Shown here piece after piece: positions 60,179 to 64,000 of a DNA stretch of 64,000 nucleotides. The position numbers and the translations under genes are program-made. The notes below the pieces were generated by a model that saw only the letters and a list, made by a program, of their open reading frames with translations, did not search any database and was not told the DNA's origin. This stretch comes from Candidatus Bathyarchaeota archaeon. Its GTDB lineage: Archaea > Thermoproteota > Bathyarchaeia > Bathyarchaeales > Bathycorpusculaceae. The stretch is taken from contig CAWDYC010000007.1 in NCBI GenBank assembly GCA_963806535.1, positions 192,001 through 256,000 of the forward strand. Reading direction: 5' to 3'. Within the stretch, counting starts at the first letter, position 1. Every line of letters begins with the position of its first letter.

Positions 60179-61012
60179 TTAGCTGACTTGCAGTTCTTGT
60201 ATGAAGGTTCCATGCCAGGTGTGAACCCAGACTTGGCCACTGTAGCCGTTTATGCTTAACATGCCGAATGTAGTGGTTCCGTTGAGGACTTCAATAGTAT
60301 AGTATCCATAGAATGTTGTGACATCGCCAGTTGTGGTTCCCGACAGGTAAGTGTTGAGGTATTGCTGAGCATTAGTTGTTGCTTGAGCTGTAGTGACCGG
60401 CATTACTGTTGTAGGTGTTCCGAAGATTCCGTCTAAGATGCCGCTTCTCATCATGCCATACTTAGTATTCCACATCATGTTGGGTCCCATCTCCGGGTAA
60501 ATGCTCCCAGTGTACTTGTCGATCAGTAGCTCGAATGCTCCGTTGCCTGTGCTTTTCTCGTTAACTTGGACGTAAAAGTTCGCTGAGTACTCTTCAATTT
60601 GCTTTACGACCAAGTCAGGGTTGCCAATTGAAGTTATGTAGTTTTGGGCTATCGTTGCTGCGTTGTTAATGCTTAGTGGAGATCCGTTGTAAGTGTAGGG
60701 TGCTGTATATCCGTAGCCGCTCATCATTCCTCCAAAGCCGTAGCCATTGCCCAGTCGACCCATCATTCCGCCTCCGAACATGAAGGGGTAAACAGGTTGA
60801 TAGTACTGGGTTGATGGTGCGGGGGCGTTAGTTGTGCCTGTTGTGTAAGGTGGATTGCTATATCCATAGCCGGATCCGTAACCTCCGCCCATCATTCCGC
60901 CATAGCCACCGTAACGTCCTCCCATCATGCCTAGGGCGAACACACTTGTGGTTAGCAGGGCAGCCATTACTACTGCGATGCTGACCAATGTTATTATTTT
61001 TGAAGTTTTCAT
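60179..61012 (-). CDS. Secreted Gly/Met-rich protein with PepSY-like domains
   Basis: Signal peptide, repeated GGMMG, ELLID..TG.I.PEMGPNMMWNTKYG, WVHTWHG. Confidence 0.75.
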   Translation of the reverse strand: MKTSKIITLVSIAVVMAALLTTSVFALGMMGGRYGGYGGMMGGGYGSGYGYSNPPYTTGTTNAPAPSTQYYQPVYPFMFGGGMMGRLGNGYGFGGMMSGYGYTAPYTYNGSPLSINNAATIAQNYITSIGNPDLVVKQIEEYSANFYVQVNEKSTGNGAFELLIDKYTGSIYPEMGPNMMWNTKYGMMRSGILDGIFGTPTTVMPVTTAQATTNAQQYLNTYLSGTTTGDVTTFYGYYTIEVLNGTTTFGMLSINGYSGQVWVHTWHGTFIQELQVS

Positions 61013-61063
61013 TTTATTTCACCTTTACATATATTATGGTATTCGAATGATATGATAGTTGGC

Positions 61064-61095
61064 TGAAACAGTTGTGAAACAGTTTTGAAACGGTC
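61064..61095. promoter_or_regulatory. Three direct repeats with an 11-bp period
   Basis: TGAAACAGTT-G-TGAAACAGTT-T-TGAAACGGTC, about 50-80 bp upstream of 61012. Confidence 0.6.
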
Positions 61096-61328
61096 TGTTT
61101 TGACCGCGAGATGGCCAACTTGGGTGTTTCTTCCGTTAACCACATCATTCAAACGCATATTCTAATATACTAATATCTTGCTTTTAGGCTTTCCTATGAA
61201 TAACCCAAATTTCTCCATCAAGAAACATGGAAAAGGTTTCCGACCCCCAAGTATCCAGCCTTTACATAAAATAATATTAAATTCGTTAATAACAAAAAAT
61301 ATCTAAAAAAGAAAATGAAAGTGGGGTG

Positions 61329-62393
61329 TTATTGAACGCCTTCGAATAGCCAGCTCATGTCTGGCCCTTTGCGTTTTTCTGGAACACGTTCACATAGTGC
61401 GTGGGCTATCAGTGGCAACGCGATTGTTGCGTCACAGTAACATACAGCCCGTGTGCCTTCTTTGCTGTTTATTTTGCCCCAGCTGATGGCTTCTTCCAAC
61501 GTGCAGCCGCTTAAGCCGCCCCATTGGGGTGAATCAGTGGTTAATTGTATAGCGTATTTGTGGGGGTAGTAGTATTCTTGTAGACCTTTGCGCAAGCCGC
61601 CCTTCCTTCCTTTTACCCCTTGGTCGCATGTTAGTGGTGAGACGGATATGGCAATGAGTTGGGTTAGGTCTTTGGGAACTCCACCGCCGATATAGACTAC
61701 GCCGACCTCTTTGGTTTTTGTTCCTATACTGACAAATTGGTCAAATTCTTTAACAGAATCAATGACGACGTTATGTCCTTGGTTTTTAGCCATCAAAAAG
61801 GTTTCTCCGTAGGCGCTATCAACCATGGCTGGGCTGAAAATTGGGACACCGTTGGCTGCTGCAATTGCAGAGATTGCGGGGATTTTTTTCTTACCCAGAT
61901 ATTTTCCAAGCAGGTAGAGGAATTCGGCTGATGTATAGTTGTAATCGGTTTTACAGGTCATGACGAAGTCTGTGACAAGCGTTTCCATTTCTCGGTAGTC
62001 GGTTTCTTTGCCATAGACATCATAGTAACGGTTGACATCATCATGGAGCAACTGCTCGTCATTCACCATGTGGCTGCCTTGATAGTAACCTAAACCCATG
62101 GCGTCTACAATGTCTTCTGAAACGTTTGCACCAGTGGAAACCAGCACGTCGATGAAACGGTTTTCCATAAGCCAATTGATTATTGTCCATTGACCGGCTG
62201 TGCTCATTGATCCTGCAAAGCCCATTGCAATTGTGAGGTCTTTTTCTTTAAGCATGTTTTCCCAAACATCAACAGCTTCACCAAGTTTGCGTCCTTGGTA
62301 AGCGGTTTTGCTCATTTCCGTTAAAAGTTGTGAAATGCTTTTTTGTTTAACTTTGATTGGTTCGAGTTTCTTTTTGAAATATGGATCGCTCAT
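61329..62393 (-). CDS. Deoxyhypusine synthase-like paralog
   Basis: AYQGRKLGEA, VSTGAN, SPAMVDS, GGGVPKD, WGGLSGCTLEEAISWGKI, CDATIALP. Confidence 0.88.
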   Translation of the reverse strand: MSDPYFKKKLEPIKVKQKSISQLLTEMSKTAYQGRKLGEAVDVWENMLKEKDLTIAMGFAGSMSTAGQWTIINWLMENRFIDVLVSTGANVSEDIVDAMGLGYYQGSHMVNDEQLLHDDVNRYYDVYGKETDYREMETLVTDFVMTCKTDYNYTSAEFLYLLGKYLGKKKIPAISAIAAANGVPIFSPAMVDSAYGETFLMAKNQGHNVVIDSVKEFDQFVSIGTKTKEVGVVYIGGGVPKDLTQLIAISVSPLTCDQGVKGRKGGLRKGLQEYYYPHKYAIQLTTDSPQWGGLSGCTLEEAISWGKINSKEGTRAVCYCDATIALPLIAHALCERVPEKRKGPDMSWLFEGVQ

Positions 62394-62827
62394 TAGTGTG
62401 CACCTCGTTTTACATTATTAGGCTTGTATATGAAATTTGCCATTGCAAAAATTAGCCACTTATGCCTCTGATGACGTTATCTCAACCAGAATTCAGTCAC
62501 CATGTGCGTACACTATAAAGGTTTGTTTGAAGTGTTATTTATTTTATATTAACCCCGCTAATAGCAATATCCGCAAATGATTTTTAAGGAATCTTGAAAA
62601 CTGAAAAAATCCAGCCAAGTCCTGCCGGAGCGCTTACACAATATCATCGAGGATCCAGTGAACAGCATAAAGAATTGCACTGCAAAATCTTGCAGGTAAA
62701 AAACCTTATCTCCTTTAAGGTAACGTATATACAAATGTACTGACAAAACGTATATATTTCTAGCTACCGGAAGGTAGCGAAAAAAAAAATTTAAAACCAA
62801 AACTTGAAATTCAATTAGTTTTGAAAG

Positions 62828-64000
62828 CTACATTTTTTCTGGCGCCACGACACCGATCAGAGTTAATGCGTTATGCATTACGATTTGTATTGATTGAGTT
62901 AATGTTAAGCGTGCATCGCTAAGATCTTGTGAGTCAGCTTTTATGACAGACAAAGCATTGTAAAATGTGTTGAATTTGTCCGCTAAAGCGTTTACGTAGT
63001 CAGCAATCAAATTCGGCTTAAGGTACTCTGTGGCTTCGATAAAGGTGTCTGGGAAACTTGCAAGATTCAAGATAAGTTCGTACTCAAGTTTCTCCTTGAG
63101 CAATTCGTAAGCTGGTTCTGCTGGTTCTCTTGCTGCCTTCCGCAAAATGCTACACGCCCTTGCATGAGTATATTGCACGTATGGTGCGCTGTTGGTTTCG
63201 AAGTTTAGAACCCGTTCCCAAGTGAATATAACTGGTTTTGATGTGTCAACATCAACAAGAGCATAACGCACAGCGCCTAATCCGACGAAGTTAGCGATTT
63301 TACGTTTTTCCTCTTCCGAAAGCTGCGGGGAACGCTTCGAAACTTCTTCGTAAGCACGTTGAACTGCTTCGTCGAGAACTTGGTCAAAAGTGATGTAGTG
63401 CCCTCTGCGGCTACTCATCTTGTACCCTGGCAAAGTAACCAAGTTGTAAGCGAAATGAACCAAATTCTCAGCGTATTCGCTGTAGCCTAAAGCAAAAAGA
63501 GCAATTTTTAGTTGCAGCTGCGCCAGCGACTGCTCCACTCCAATAACATTGACAACTTTTTGCGCGTGCTTGAATTTCCACAGAGTGTAAGCTAAATCTC
63601 GAGTGGTGTACAATGTTGTGCCGTCTGCCCGCCCAAGCGTCAAAGGTGGAACTTCATTATTCTCGCTCAACCCCAACTTGGGCTTCAACTTTAGGGTCTC
63701 GACAACTTTTTCGGCGTCAAATTCTACCACGCCTTCTTCGCTATAGACGAAGGGTGAAGTCTTAAGCTTCTGCAAAACCTCATTAACTTGCCCACTCCAA
63801 ACGAAGTCGCTTTCCCAATCCCATGAGTCATATGTAACTTCAACTCGCTTCATGGTTTCTCGAAAGCCCTCAAGGCATAGGTCGCTTACTTCTCTAATGA
63901 GTTTTTTAGCTTTGGGTTCTCCGTCTTCATAAGCACGATTTAAACGGTTTATTTCTTCCTCAGGATTTTCATCTTCTCCGATTTTAATCATTAACAAATC
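62828..64000 (-). CDS. argS: Arginine--tRNA ligase (5' end outside the window)
   Basis: RADGTTLYTTRDLAY, KMSSRRG, GAVRY, SAPYVQYTHARACSIL, FNTFYN. Confidence 0.95.
   Translation of the reverse strand, partial: DLLMIKIGEDENPEEEINRLNRAYEDGEPKAKKLIREVSDLCLEGFRETMKRVEVTYDSWDWESDFVWSGQVNEVLQKLKTSPFVYSEEGVVEFDAEKVVETLKLKPKLGLSENNEVPPLTLGRADGTTLYTTRDLAYTLWKFKHAQKVVNVIGVEQSLAQLQLKIALFALGYSEYAENLVHFAYNLVTLPGYKMSSRRGHYITFDQVLDEAVQRAYEEVSKRSPQLSEEEKRKIANFVGLGAVRYALVDVDTSKPVIFTWERVLNFETNSAPYVQYTHARACSILRKAAREPAEPAYELLKEKLEYELILNLASFPDTFIEATEYLKPNLIADYVNALADKFNTFYNALSVIKADSQDLSDARLTLTQSIQIVMHNALTLIGVVAPEKM

Noticed and set aside
62394-62520. Possible riboswitch or uORF (MVTEFWLR) ahead of the DHS-like gene
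   Set aside because: No recognisable riboswitch consensus, and the ATG lies too close to the likely TATA box. An Rfam search would be needed.
991-62800. Numerous 60-170 aa antisense or overlapping ORFs in the track
   Set aside because: Shadows of confidently identified genes, with no motifs.

Overview
Archaeal chromosomal window from an anaerobic, H4MPT/F420-using Wood-Ljungdahl organism. Gene content and style best fit Bathyarchaeia (inference). Left end: a purF-purD-HAD(EhaR-like)-ftr-like operon and a full cooC-cooC-cdhABCDE (ACDS) cluster. An archaeal ATPase gene sits between the intact cdhE 3' end and a duplicated copy of it. Middle (16-44 kb): a variable metal/redox region with ArsR, NikR, ferredoxins, H+ and Cu+ P-type ATPases, thioredoxin, flavodoxin, OsmC, an Mrp/NifB-X/IscU/MinD-Fd operon, bacterial-type MetK, a radical SAM/SPASM enzyme, two Cys-tailed Lrp regulators and several gene relics. 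Five promoters here share an identically spaced 46-bp double-palindrome element. Right end: a HydC-HydB-(HydA-N/FrhB fusion) complex next to cofC, mer and cofE, an acetate-CoA ligase/GNAT, a GCS2/RimK ligase cluster, two deoxyhypusine synthase paralogs and argS. Many single-base frameshifts, mostly in the first 12 kb, look like assembly errors. No rRNA, tRNA, CRISPR array or intact transposase was seen. Strongest leads: (1) the Ftr paralog as a candidate GAR formyltransferase, (2) the five-site regulon of the Cys-rich Lrp, (3) an F420/NAD(P)/ferredoxin bifurcating-type complex, (4) a repeat-bounded ATPase cassette, (5) a stand-alone 43-aa CdhA N-terminal peptide. All calls come from reading motifs by eye; no searches were run.
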